The position numbers and the translations under genes are program-made. A DNA stretch of 64,000 bases from a virus. The stretch lies in the IMG/VR virus record IMGVR_UViG_3300009709_000003, positions 32,001-96,000 of that record, one strand, 5' to 3'. Shown here piece after piece: positions 39,356 through 48,712 of this stretch (the stretch's first letter is position 1; every line of letters starts with the position of its first letter). The notes under the pieces are model-generated. The model worked only from the letters and a program-made list of their open reading frames with translations. It was not told the DNA's origin and made no database searches.

Positions 39356-39646
39356 TTACTTACCGAATAGACGTCTGTATTGACGACCAGTTTTAGCATA
39401 TGCACGAATATGATTCTTCGTGTAGTAGTACTTGCCATCACGAGGACTATCCCACTCATTCCATGGGGATAACTCTACTTCGGCCTTATACACCAAATCG
39501 TCTTCTGTGTCTACAAGTTTAGAGATCTCGTGTAGTAACGCTCGTTGCCGGGATCTTTCCTTACCGGCGCGTTCCCTGGTGTAAGGACGCACAGACTCAG
39601 CAGTAGTGACTCCAGTAACCGGTGTATGCTTTTTAGACCTGCTCAT
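39356..39646 (-). CDS. Small basic hypothetical protein
   Basis: MSRSKKHTP...WDSPRDGK. Confidence 0.55.
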   Translation of the reverse strand: MSRSKKHTPVTGVTTAESVRPYTRERAGKERSRQRALLHEISKLVDTEDDLVYKAEVELSPWNEWDSPRDGKYYYTKNHIRAYAKTGRQYRRLFGK

Positions 39647-39651
39647 AAATA

Positions 39652-39936
39652 TTAGTAAACGTTGCGTTTTAGACGGGCATGTCCAGGAATAACTTGATAT
39701 TCTGGATCGTTATGCTTCGGGCTGAAAATCCTAAATCCTGGCAAAACCTTTTCATTTGGTCGAAGCTGATCTGCTGGCACTTCTGGAATGTCAATATTAA
39801 CATCCATATACGCGTTACCTGCACCCTTTTGGGCACGAATCCATTCAGCAGCTTCAGGAGCAGCCTGCCACAGTCTTGTTCTGCCAGTTTTCGTATTCAA
39901 AATGGTGCGCACAATATTCCAACATTCATTTACCAT
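39652..39936 (-). CDS. Hypothetical protein
   Basis: AGGAG RBS, 94 aa. Confidence 0.55.
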   Translation of the reverse strand: MVNECWNIVRTILNTKTGRTRLWQAAPEAAEWIRAQKGAGNAYMDVNIDIPEVPADQLRPNEKVLPGFRIFSPKHNDPEYQVIPGHARLKRNVY

Positions 39937-39952
39937 AATACACTCCTGTTAA

Positions 39953-40543
39953 TTAGAGAATTTTATTTACTTTCTCTAGCTTAATAACATATTCTTCATC
40001 ATCGACTTTTAGAACTCTGGGATTATAAATCAGATTACTTAGTTCATCAATCTCATTCTTAATTGAATCCACAGTGTTCTTTGAACTATCTTGCATAATG
40101 CGTAATACGTCACGTAGGGTATGAAGACGAGTGTATAGCTTGGTATATGTCGTCGTGGCATTATGGTCTACACCATCTGCAAAAGAACGTTTTTTCTGTT
40201 CCTCATACGTTTTTTGTAACGTTCGGTAAGCCTGCTTACTTTGGTGCAGCAAGCTTTTAATACGGCGCAATTTTCGATCGTTCTTTGTAACGTTATTCTC
40301 CACACCCATAAACGTATCCTTAATCAAAGAGCCAACATAGACAGGATCTTTGATAGTAACAGAATTTTTCGATATATAACCATTCCAGAAAGCGCCCTTC
40401 GAGTTGAAGATTTTAAATTGAGCCCCATTCTCAGACGACGTAGCTGTGTATTCAATAATCGAACTGTACACAGGATTATGCTGCGCTGTAACGGTATACT
40501 CAACATTAGCAAGAACAATTTTAACGGTATTTTCTTTAGTCAT
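39953..40543 (-). CDS. Hypothetical protein
   Basis: 196 aa, coiled-coil C-terminus. Confidence 0.5.
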   Translation of the reverse strand: MTKENTVKIVLANVEYTVTAQHNPVYSSIIEYTATSSENGAQFKIFNSKGAFWNGYISKNSVTIKDPVYVGSLIKDTFMGVENNVTKNDRKLRRIKSLLHQSKQAYRTLQKTYEEQKKRSFADGVDHNATTTYTKLYTRLHTLRDVLRIMQDSSKNTVDSIKNEIDELSNLIYNPRVLKVDDEEYVIKLEKVNKIL

Positions 40544-40594
40544 GTTGTACTATAAGTATTAGAACCTAGAACAGTTTATTATTTATAAATACGT

Positions 40595-41107
40595 ATGCAC
40601 GAAGTAGTCAAAACAAGTAAATTTGTCAACGATGTGAATCGAATATTTGCACATCATATTAGTAAATTCGGGGGCATTAAAGCGGATGTAGTAAAAGATG
40701 CTCGTCAAGCGGCATGGGTGGCTGCTCTGTCTAAGATGCAAACCTGGGATCCCAACAAAGGTGCTAAACCTGGCACATATGTATACCGCGCTATACAAGA
40801 CGCTGTTACAACTACTATCATACAATGGAAAAGCCGAGGTCTTAATAAGGACATACGCAATAAAAGCGTAGATGAGGTCATAACTTACCTTGAAGAAAAT
40901 GCTTGTGATCACCACATTGAGATCTACGCGGCACGCGATTGTCGAGTACGACTAAACAAACTTACACCAGACCAAATAGCATTGATAAATCGCCATCTTG
41001 TAGAGGGTGTAACCACTACATGTATTGGTGCACAAGGTAAAAACAACCGAACTACTGTTTGGCGACAAGTACAAGTTATCATCAATACCCTAATGAACGT
41101 TAGATAA
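40595..41107 (+). CDS. sigma70/ECF-like RNA polymerase sigma factor
   Basis: DARQAAWVAAL..MQTWDPNKGAKPGTYVYRAI (region 2); LNKLTPDQ...EGVTTTCIG...RTTV (region 4). Confidence 0.65.
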   Translation: MHEVVKTSKFVNDVNRIFAHHISKFGGIKADVVKDARQAAWVAALSKMQTWDPNKGAKPGTYVYRAIQDAVTTTIIQWKSRGLNKDIRNKSVDEVITYLEENACDHHIEIYAARDCRVRLNKLTPDQIALINRHLVEGVTTTCIGAQGKNNRTTVWRQVQVIINTLMNVR

Positions 41108-41111
41108 GGAG

Positions 41112-41588
41112 TTGTCGATGCAGATCTATGATCGTGCTACTAGTTGTTGGAAGGATGTATTATTGGTGGATCACTTTGGAGACGTTGTTCTAATTAAAGA
41201 CGTGAACACCGGTAACTTATTTAAACATCAACTGTCTCACGTGTGTGGTTGGATAGCGGCGACTGTTTGGGAAATATCGTACACAGATAAAGTTGTTGAC
41301 GATGTGGCACACTATTTGATATCAAACTCTGATAAGAAAGTGGCTGCTACATATGGTAATGAACAGTATCATATTAGAGAGATTAATTACACTCTTGACT
41401 GCATTTACATGGTATCACGATCCACACAACTATCGTGGACTTATCCTTTGAGCGTGTGCAAAGATTTAGTTGTGTACACCGATTTATTTTATAAACCTGA
41501 CGTACATACACAAAAATCGGTGTGCGACTGTGGTGGAGCAAAAGCTAATACTACCCATAGTCAATGGTGCTCTACGTATGTTAAATAA
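41112..41588 (+). CDS. Hypothetical protein with C-terminal CDCGG..HSxWC motif
   Basis: Paralog of 42276-42734. Confidence 0.55.
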   Translation: MSMQIYDRATSCWKDVLLVDHFGDVVLIKDVNTGNLFKHQLSHVCGWIAATVWEISYTDKVVDDVAHYLISNSDKKVAATYGNEQYHIREINYTLDCIYMVSRSTQLSWTYPLSVCKDLVVYTDLFYKPDVHTQKSVCDCGGAKANTTHSQWCSTYVK

Positions 41589-41739
41589 ACCAAAATGGTT
41601 GGAAAGATTAACCAAGGCTAGACATCTTACTTCTAACTCACAAGCTACCCCTTTTGAGCAAGAAGAACGGTGGAAATTTGCCTTGGTACAAATTATGCGT
41701 ATTATTAGAGATACACATTGGACACCTAAGCCATAGAAT

Positions 41740-42081
41740 ATGAAACTTATTATTGCGGGCACAAGGACATTTAACGATTTCACACTTCTATGTACAAGTC
41801 TAGTACCCTACGAATCTATTGTTACAGAAGTTGTGTCGGGTACGGCATCTGGCGCGGATCAAATGGGTGAGTACTGGGCAGAAGCTCTAGGCATACCAGT
41901 AAAACGTTTCCCGGCGCAATGGGACCTACTCGGAAATTCAGCCGGATATATAAGAAATCAAGTAATGGCTGAATACGCTGAAAGTCTCGTAGCTTTCCAT
42001 GACGGCAAAAGTCGTGGCACACAGCATATGATTAATTTAGCGCGTAAGCACGGACTTCAAGTGAAAGTAATACAATACTAG
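41740..42081 (+). CDS. SLOG-superfamily (YspA/DUF2493-like) protein
   Basis: LIIAGTRTF, VVSGTASGADQMG, AGYIRN, DGKSRGTQHMI. Confidence 0.85.
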   Translation: MKLIIAGTRTFNDFTLLCTSLVPYESIVTEVVSGTASGADQMGEYWAEALGIPVKRFPAQWDLLGNSAGYIRNQVMAEYAESLVAFHDGKSRGTQHMINLARKHGLQVKVIQY

Positions 42082-42275
42082 ATTTTAAATTCTCGCGCCA
42101 ATTTCGCAAGTTTGATTTCTAATTTTTGTATCTTGCTGTCAATTTGACGTGCAGCTTCCCAATTTTTAAAACGCAACGCATTGTAAAGGTTGTGTTTATG
42201 GCCTTCAAGTCGCTTATTTATTAATTCCAACATTTGTATTCCCGCGCTCGCGCATATTGTACAATCGTACACTTA

Positions 42276-42734
42276 TTAGATATTAGTCGAACACCAACTT
42301 GAATGTGGTAGTCGAAGTTTGATTCCACCGCAATCGCACGTATTGCTTCTAAGATGAGAGATTTGCAAAGGAATACTACGCTCGTAAGATTTAATTGCAT
42401 AGTCCCCAACAAACCAAGTGTTAACTGGTATAGAGATACCGTCATTGGTAGTAGCTATACCAGTAGAATTTACTGAAATTATATAGTATAAAGAGTTATT
42501 TACACACCGAATCCAAATATCTTTATCATTAGATTCGATCATTTGAAACATTAAATCTTCTACAGTAGCTACAGGTGACACCAAATTCGAGTACCAGCTT
42601 TGATTGGTCCTATATTCCGAGAACAACAACTCAATTGGCGGTCCATATTGCTGCTCGATCAAAATATGATCATGGGCTTTAATTCCAATTACAGCATGGG
42701 CTCTGCCTGTATTTCGGTTATATAGGTGTAACAC
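42276..42734 (-). CDS. Hypothetical protein with C-terminal CDCGG..HSxWC motif
   Basis: Paralog of 41112-41588. Confidence 0.55.
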   Translation of the reverse strand: MLHLYNRNTGRAHAVIGIKAHDHILIEQQYGPPIELLFSEYRTNQSWYSNLVSPVATVEDLMFQMIESNDKDIWIRCVNNSLYYIISVNSTGIATTNDGISIPVNTWFVGDYAIKSYERSIPLQISHLRSNTCDCGGIKLRLPHSSWCSTNI

Positions 42735-43325
42735 TTATTTACTCTTTCTTCTCTTACGTCGTCTTGGAGTCTCTATAGCCAATGCGAGTGTCATACCCGA
42801 TTTCAGTCTACTGTCTAGCATTGAGCGTGTCAGACCAAATTTTGTTTCTAATTGTCTAACTGTGTAAAGATTTCCGTTGTACTCATATGTATTCTTGGTA
42901 GGTATTGGACGATGTTTGCCTGAGTGAGCAGGCGCGTATGGTTTCTTAAGAGCTTCCACGAAAGTAAGACCACCATTAATCCTCACTTTAAGAATACCGT
43001 ATGGAATTTCAAATTCCGAGGCCCACTCACGTAACGTTTGAGACTTGCCGCGAAATTCATGTAGTTTAACGCACAGTGACCGCACGGGTGTCTCTAAAGA
43101 TTCAGCGATAGACCAACCTTGCCGTAGACGCGTAGATACTGTACTATATGACAGTTTCAGATCACCACCGTATTTATCTACCAGTTCAGAGATAGATAGT
43201 GTATCTCCTTTATAAGTATACTTCGCAGCTCGCACTTGACTTAAATGCTTTGGCACGAACATTTCTTCTTGGGGAGTGTTATGTTTAATTCGACTACGTA
43301 GGGTCTTTTTGTTTATCGTTTGCAT
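42735..43325 (-). CDS. Triple HTH-repeat DNA-binding protein
   Basis: Three repeats Y.G...T..E....(G)L....L..RL..GW/M....A..TP. Confidence 0.7.
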   Translation of the reverse strand: MQTINKKTLRSRIKHNTPQEEMFVPKHLSQVRAAKYTYKGDTLSISELVDKYGGDLKLSYSTVSTRLRQGWSIAESLETPVRSLCVKLHEFRGKSQTLREWASEFEIPYGILKVRINGGLTFVEALKKPYAPAHSGKHRPIPTKNTYEYNGNLYTVRQLETKFGLTRSMLDSRLKSGMTLALAIETPRRRKRRKSK

Positions 43326-43379
43326 GGTTTTTTGAATCTATATAAGCAACTGTTGTATTTTGATTTGTATATTAAACTA

Positions 43380-43982
43380 TTATTTCGATTTCTTTCGGAT
43401 TTTATGCTTGACAGGTGTTTCAACAGCTTGTTGGGGAGTCATGCCTGTCTTTAATCGTGCATGCAGCGTTTCACGCTTTACGTCTGAAAGCACCGATAGC
43501 TCAGCAAGAGAATAAAACGACCCATAAAGCTCATACACTTTATTGGCAAATTTATTAATAATACCACCACTACAGGGTACTATGTATGGAAGTTTCATCG
43601 CCTCCTCTAAAGTCATACTACCATGCTTCATACGATAGTTCAGTGTTTGGTGTGGAATACCACAATACAAAGACCATTCTCGCAATGATTTCTTCGTGCC
43701 GTTGATTTCATACATCTTGGCCGGTCGATCACGCAAAGGAGTTTCGATAGCGCTTACCACACTCCAACCCCGACAATGCAAACGATTGTAAATTACGTTT
43801 GGAGTTAAGTTCAATTCTTTCCCGTATTTTTCACACAACTCTGTGATAGTTAGCTCTTCATTTTTATATAAATAACGTTTAGCCTTAAACCTTCTGAGTG
43901 ACTCATTTAAATATACTTCTTCTTCAGGTGTTCCGCGACGTTTGCGACTTTCTATAGTAGAATGATTTGGTGCTGAACTCAT
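43380..43982 (-). CDS. Triple HTH-repeat DNA-binding protein (paralog of 42735-43325)
   Basis: Same repeat architecture, shared TP(Q/E)EE motif and KSK end. Confidence 0.7.
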   Translation of the reverse strand: MSSAPNHSTIESRKRRGTPEEEVYLNESLRRFKAKRYLYKNEELTITELCEKYGKELNLTPNVIYNRLHCRGWSVVSAIETPLRDRPAKMYEINGTKKSLREWSLYCGIPHQTLNYRMKHGSMTLEEAMKLPYIVPCSGGIINKFANKVYELYGSFYSLAELSVLSDVKRETLHARLKTGMTPQQAVETPVKHKIRKKSK

Positions 43983-44016
43983 ATGTGTACTCCGTACCGG
44001 GTTTCCTATTTAGTAT

Positions 44017-44032
44017 CGCAAGCCTCGTGCCA
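44017..44032 (-). promoter_or_regulatory. sigma54 promoter
   Basis: TGGCACGAGGCTTGCG upstream of 43982. Confidence 0.65.
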
Positions 44033-44070
44033 AAGATAAACCTATAAATTATCTTACATTTATATACATG

Positions 44071-45259
44071 CTAGGCATTGGTCTTTAAAGCTTCGATGCG
44101 TTCTACAATGACTAGTTTCATTGTTTTTAGTGCCCACGAAGTTGTTTTTTCTGCTTCAGCTAAAGCCCATTCCAACTCCTTGATGCGAACATCGCGCACA
44201 TATTCGGTATCGTCGCGGCGCATTTCTTTTTGCAGCACTGCTTCCGCACGTTCACAGCGGTCTTCGAGTTCAATTACGCGCCTACGCCAACTCGCTGGAA
44301 TTTCAGCGGTGTCGCGAGCGTATTCCTGCATTTCATCGCTCAACTTACTCATTGATCGTCCCCGTAAAGGGCCACTTCGGCTTGATGAATAATTTCGTTT
44401 AATTGTTTCCACAATTTTTGTTGTTCAAAATTCCATTCAGACTTAATAAGCGCTTCTTGCATGTTCCAGGCTCTGTCTATACACATTAGCAGTTCCATTC
44501 TGTTTCGTTTACTCAACTTTTGCCGACTCATCACTTTACCTCTTCACAGTCAGTGTTAATACGAGTAATACCTTTTTCGCATTTACAGCAAGCGTCTGGA
44601 ATAAGCCAGTCACTCAATTCCGCACAAATGAACTCTGCACCTACCCGGTGGTCTGGCGAGTTTTTTAGGTATTCGCTGCCACTATACCGTGCAACGCGGT
44701 AACGTTTTCCAACCACAAACTTAAGTGCTGCTTCCCGTGCTCTATAGATGTAATCGAACGGCCCGTCAGGTTGAATCGTTGGTAACCTCATGTTACTTCT
44801 CCTCTTTGCTTTCAGGTTGTGGGTCTAAATAATCTAGTGCATCATAAATAGCGTCAAGCGCTTCGTCTACTTGCGGGGTTGTGCGATATGGATAAAGTCG
44901 TTTTTCTGCGTCTATTAGCGCTTTAATGGCACGCATTTTTTGATGACGTACCAAGTGTATAGAATCTTGAACATACTCAAGGTCGATTAAATTACTCATT
45001 TTCCACCCCTGAGAATAGCCAAATCCAAAATATCCCTAGAGTAACTACGAGACTCGGAATCCGCATCGTCTACCCATCGTTCCACTATCTGACGAAGGCG
45101 TACGCATTCCGCAAGGTAATCGGCGGTTTCGGTATCTTCACCGACTGGCACCCCTGCAACATACTCCGCTCCCGGTATTTGCCATTTATGTGGCACTGGA
45201 GAAATACCGCTCGCCCACCCTAAAATCTCCTTAGCCGTGCTCAACTTTTTGTCACTCAT
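44071..45259 (-). other. Run of five small coupled hypothetical genes (44071-44412, 44349-44534, 44531-44791, 44793-44999, 44996-45259)
   Basis: Overlapping or abutting start/stop codons, phage-like small ORFs. Confidence 0.55.
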
Positions 45260-46239
45260 TTCTTTCCTACCTTCCCTTCAAGGGCGCTAATTTCATGAAT
45301 AAAATCGTCTAAGCTGTTTTCGTTTACTATACGAGGCTGAATTTTTGCCCAATTTTCAAATCGCTCTGCCAACGTTTTCTTTATAGGTACCTTGAATTGC
45401 ACGGTGGCGCGTGCGATTTCAACGCAAGCATCGGGGCGGAAGCTATCACTTAGACAAGCATTCAAGCTGATATGGTTGGGTTTCTTGTTGATAGGCTCCC
45501 ACAACACAACTTCCTTTTCAATAATATCAAATTGCTCACTTGGCTGGTCGTTATTCTGGCTTTCTGCGCCCCTATTCGCTGGAATATCGGCACTTTGAGG
45601 TGCGTCGAGGATTGCTAGTATACAATCCAGCTCATCGCCCTCATATTCTGTGCATCGAGTTTTTCCGTCCAGACATGATTCCCTTACGCGCTCCAGCTTG
45701 GCCAGGGCGGCGTCGCGTTCGGTACGTGCTTCGTTTCTTTCCCGCTGCAAAAGGGCAGCAACTTCGCGTTCGCTGTAAACAGACATCTCTGCCGCAGATT
45801 TTTCACGCCGCACCTCCTCCAATAGAGCAACGTGTATCGCAAGGCTGCGCGCCTGAGCATCGTTGTCGGCGCGGAGAGCGTCAATACACGCTTGCTGGCC
45901 GTGAGCATTAGCGTTTAGGTTCTGCCAATTTTCCAACTCACCCTTTAGCCGCTCGATTTCGTCCATCATGGCGTCGCGTTCCTCAAGCAAATCATCGACC
46001 ACTTTTGGATATCCAGCTTCGGAACAGGCTTCTCGCATACGAACCATTTGTGCGTTCAGCCGCTCATTTTCCGCTTCCAATTCGCGTGCGCGTTCCACCC
46101 ACGCTGTATTGTACGTAACACGTTCTCGTAATTCCTCGTTATCGAATTCTAATGCACGGAGAGCGTCTTGAAAACCAAGTTCTACCGGTGTATTAATCAT
46201 AAATTTAATTAAACGATCGCTCAATTTTTCACTACTCAT
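45256..46239 (-). CDS. Coiled-coil hypothetical protein (paralog of 60336-61121)
   Basis: Shared ERD.AL.KL, LAIL..P, EVVL, FKVP.K.LAER.E. Confidence 0.6.
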   Translation of the reverse strand: MSSEKLSDRLIKFMINTPVELGFQDALRALEFDNEELRERVTYNTAWVERARELEAENERLNAQMVRMREACSEAGYPKVVDDLLEERDAMMDEIERLKGELENWQNLNANAHGQQACIDALRADNDAQARSLAIHVALLEEVRREKSAAEMSVYSEREVAALLQRERNEARTERDAALAKLERVRESCLDGKTRCTEYEGDELDCILAILDAPQSADIPANRGAESQNNDQPSEQFDIIEKEVVLWEPINKKPNHISLNACLSDSFRPDACVEIARATVQFKVPIKKTLAERFENWAKIQPRIVNENSLDDFIHEISALEGKVGKK

Positions 46240-46656
46240 TACCGTTCTCCGTCTTCAATAGGGATCCAAAAAGTTTTGCTTCGTTGGCGTAATCGAATTG
46301 GCTAATAGGGTAATGATTGTCATGCTCACCACCTTTAACAGGTTCACCACACATACACGTTTCCTTAGATCTTTCTTCGGATTCGTGCTCAATTTCTTCC
46401 TCTAAAGTCATCTCGGTCTCCTACCCGCGCACTCGAATTAAAGTACGCACTGGCACCGTACCGACAGTCTTACGCGGGTTGCAATACACAACTTTGTCGC
46501 CGACTCGCAATTCGATATTTACTTCGGTATTCATTTGCTGCTCTTCAACTCCTCGCTCAATTTACTCATTTCGATCTCCTAAGGAATAAAGGTTGCCAGG
46601 CAGTATTATAGCGGCAGTTATCTCTTGAATACTTTAAATAAAGACAAAACTAGAAT

Positions 46657-46672
46657 TGCAAAATCCGTACCA
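46657..46672 (-). promoter_or_regulatory. sigma54 promoter
   Basis: TGGTACGGATTTTGCA in an intergenic gap. Confidence 0.6.
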
Positions 46673-46960
46673 GGGGACCCACGACTTTTGGGCGCAAAAA
46701 TACATCTTACACTGGTATATACTATTTAACTAATCTGAGATCGTCAGGGTCAACAAACCACAAACCGGTAATGGCGATCTCCTGCTCAGGATCGCGTACC
46801 AGATAACCATCCACATCGAAAGCAGCAATCACCCAAATCTTGTACGGATTCGGTGCGTCTACGATGATAACCCTGTCACCAACTTTAAAGTCCATAACTT
46901 ACCTCTTTATATGAAAAGAAACGTAGGGGACCCAGAAAATCTATCGCAAAAATACATCTT
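46672..46960. repeat. Bipartite direct repeat AGGGGACCCA-N10/11-CGCAAAAATACATCTT (46672-46708 and 46925-46960)
   Basis: Two copies flanking the 46722-46895 ORF. Confidence 0.75.
46722..46895 (-). CDS. 57-aa SH3/KOW-like hypothetical protein
   Basis: Not in track; MDFKVGDRVIIVDAPNPYKIWVIAAFDVDGYLVRD...; GAGGT RBS. Confidence 0.6.
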   Translation of the reverse strand: MDFKVGDRVIIVDAPNPYKIWVIAAFDVDGYLVRDPEQEIAITGLWFVDPDDLRLVK

Positions 46961-47112
46961 CGTACAATTATAATATCTGACTTCGAAATATTATGCGGTG
47001 TCGCGCGATAAGCCCGCCAACGATTGTGGTTATATTTTCGGCTTACGCTTTGAAGGTGTTTGGGAGGCCCTGGAGTGGGCCTCCCTTACTTTTCCTTGAT
47101 TGGGTCTTCGTC

Positions 47113-47316
47113 TTACCCTTGCTCTGCCGTGAAAAAGGCGCGGCGTTGGGCGTCACGGCGGTCAAGTTCCGCGTTGCATCTGCGAACGAACGACCATGCT
47201 TGAGAGACCGTGTCGGCGTCGAGGTATCCGTCTGCCTCCTTAATGCTGTCCAGTTCCGCCCACTGGTTTTCGATTGCTTGCTCAAGTTGCTCGTCTGTCA
47301 TAAAGTTAAAGTCCAT
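47113..47316 (-). CDS. Small acidic early protein
   Basis: Own promoter-RBS cassette. Confidence 0.65.
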   Translation of the reverse strand: MDFNFMTDEQLEQAIENQWAELDSIKEADGYLDADTVSQAWSFVRRCNAELDRRDAQRRAFFTAEQG

Positions 47317-47341
47317 GAGAAACTCCTGTTAAGAGGGGAAT

Positions 47342-47357
47342 TGCAAGAGACGGGCCA
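47342..47357 (-). promoter_or_regulatory. sigma54 promoter (cassette family A)
   Basis: TGGCCCGTCTCTTGCA. Confidence 0.65.
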
Positions 47358-47359
47358 AA

Positions 47360-47521
47360 TTAGAAATTCAGGCGTGGCTGGGCATTGGGGTTGATGTTCT
47401 TCTTTTGGAGACGGCCATGAACGGTCGCCTTTGACTGGACCATCTGGGTGGAAGATGTAGGCGTAGGTGGGAGGATTTCGATTTTGCCGCCGCGTGAAAG
47501 AAATTGCTCGATCGTTTCCAT
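47360..47521 (-). CDS. 53-aa SutA-like RNA-polymerase-binding peptide
   Basis: Not in track; METIEQFLSRGGKIEILPP; AGGAG RBS; own sigma54 site. Confidence 0.6.
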   Translation of the reverse strand: METIEQFLSRGGKIEILPPTPTSSTQMVQSKATVHGRLQKKNINPNAQPRLNF

Positions 47522-47556
47522 GTGTACTCCTGAAAGAAAAAGGTTAAGAGGGAAAT

Positions 47557-47572
47557 TGCAAAGGCGATGCCA
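47557..47572 (-). promoter_or_regulatory. sigma54 promoter (cassette family A)
   Basis: TGGCATCGCCTTTGCA. Confidence 0.7.
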
Positions 47573-47578
47573 ATCACT

Positions 47579-47785
47579 TCACTCGTGGCTAGGCACATCG
47601 TCCTCGACGAAGTAGTTCTGGGTGTCTTCAATGACGTCGCCGCCATACCATTCAGCACTCCAGCCGCAAAGCTCCTTAAGCTGAGCTGGGGTGAGCTGCT
47701 TCGGGTCCTGGTCAACCGGGATTTCGACGTCTGCATACTCAACGGACTCGACGATTCTCGTGATTGTGATGGTTTTTGTTTCCAT
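47579..47785 (-). CDS. Small acidic early protein
   Basis: Own promoter-RBS cassette. Confidence 0.65.
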   Translation of the reverse strand: METKTITITRIVESVEYADVEIPVDQDPKQLTPAQLKELCGWSAEWYGGDVIEDTQNYFVEDDVPSHE

Positions 47786-47810
47786 GTAAAACTCCTGTTA
47801 AGAGGGGAAT

Positions 47811-47826
47811 TGCAAAGGCGATGCCA
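47811..47826 (-). promoter_or_regulatory. sigma54 promoter (cassette family A)
   Basis: TGGCATCGCCTTTGCA, identical to 47557-47572. Confidence 0.7.
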
Positions 47827-47827
47827 A

Positions 47828-47902
47828 TCACTCGACCTGGTCAGACAGGCGAGCAATAAGGACTATCAGTACCAAAAAGAAAAAGGCGACTGGTTGTTCC
47901 AT
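47828..47902 (-). CDS. 24-aa hydrophobic peptide MEQPVAFFFLVLIVLIARLSDQVE
   Basis: GGGAG RBS; fills the slot between two cassettes. Confidence 0.45.
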   Translation of the reverse strand: MEQPVAFFFLVLIVLIARLSDQVE

Positions 47903-47932
47903 AGCTGCTCCCTAAGTTTAAAACGGTGCCAG

Positions 47933-48076
47933 TCAATAGGCCAGCTCCACCCGCAGCCATTGGGTGGTCAGGACGCGGGCCAGCGAGCGGCGGGCCAAGG
48001 TCTTGGCTTCCTCAATGGAGCGAGCCTGGATGGAAAGGACGAACTTGTTGTCTATAAAGCAAGAGTAGGTGTGCAT
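47933..48076 (-). CDS. 47-aa early protein (near-leaderless)
   Basis: MHTYSCFIDNKF...; ATG about 14 nt after the sigma54 -12 element. Confidence 0.5.
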   Translation of the reverse strand: MHTYSCFIDNKFVLSIQARSIEEAKTLARRSLARVLTTQWLRVELAY

Positions 48077-48089
48077 ATTTAAGTAAAAT

Positions 48090-48157
48090 TGCAAGGAGGG
48101 TGCCAAATGTGGTAAGTAGGATAAGGTGGGATATACGGGGTTGGCACGGTCCCTGCA
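48090..48157. promoter_or_regulatory. Divergent pair of sigma54 promoters at the strand switch
   Basis: Minus 48090-48105 TGGCACCCTCCTTGCA; plus 48142-48157 TGGCACGGTCCCTGCA. Confidence 0.75.
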
Positions 48158-48192
48158 ATGAAAATCCCGTACCCTTTTTGCAGGAGCGCAGC

Positions 48193-48381
48193 ATGACGAC
48201 GGAACTCGCAAGAACTCTTAAGTTGGTATTCCAAAACGGTCGCTTTGTGGCCAAGAACGCTTTCGGGACTATCTGCTTTTTGTCCGAGGACCGCCGTCAG
48301 GTCCAGGTCTGGATTGAGGAGCAGATTCGCATGTCGAAACTGCAGGAGCCGGTCCGCAGCCTGGCATCGCTTTTGCAATAA
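48193..48381 (+). CDS. Small early protein
   Basis: AGGAG RBS before MTTELAR. Confidence 0.55.
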   Translation: MTTELARTLKLVFQNGRFVAKNAFGTICFLSEDRRQVQVWIEEQIRMSKLQEPVRSLASLLQ

Positions 48382-48432
48382 AGAAGGTATGGGGAGTTAA
48401 GCACAGGTCGCAAGACTGGCACGATTCCTGCA
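48362..48432 (+). promoter_or_regulatory. Tandem sigma54 promoters
   Basis: 48362-48377 TGGCATCGCTTTTGCA; 48417-48432 TGGCACGATTCCTGCA. Confidence 0.7.
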
Positions 48433-48466
48433 ATTTTAAAAGTAGACACCAAACAGGAGAAGACAG

Positions 48467-48712
48467 ATGGGTAAACTCGAAGCCATCGCTCGCCTTGAAG
48501 AGATCAAAGAAGAGATGCAAGCTCTGCTTTTAGAGGCCAGTCATCTGGTGCGACAATACGCCGGGGAGCGCTCCATCTCAGACAGAGCACATGCCTACTG
48601 GGTGCCACATATCGAACAGGCGCTTGAGACAACCGGTTACGACACCGACATGACGGGTACCATCAAGGAGATGGAAGAGTCAATCGAGGAAGAGCCAGCC
48701 GAAGCTGAATAA
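48467..48712 (+). CDS. Small acidic early protein
   Basis: AGGAG RBS, 81 aa. Confidence 0.65.
   Translation: MGKLEAIARLEEIKEEMQALLLEASHLVRQYAGERSISDRAHAYWVPHIEQALETTGYDTDMTGTIKEMEESIEEEPAEAE

Noticed and set aside
46722-46760. Minus-strand CTGACGA as a third hammerhead
   Set aside because: No GAAA/NUH core or stems; it lies within a small ORF.
47320-47830. CRISPR-like repeat-spacer array
   Set aside because: The intervening segments are 160-210 nt ORFs and the repeats are promoter-RBS modules.
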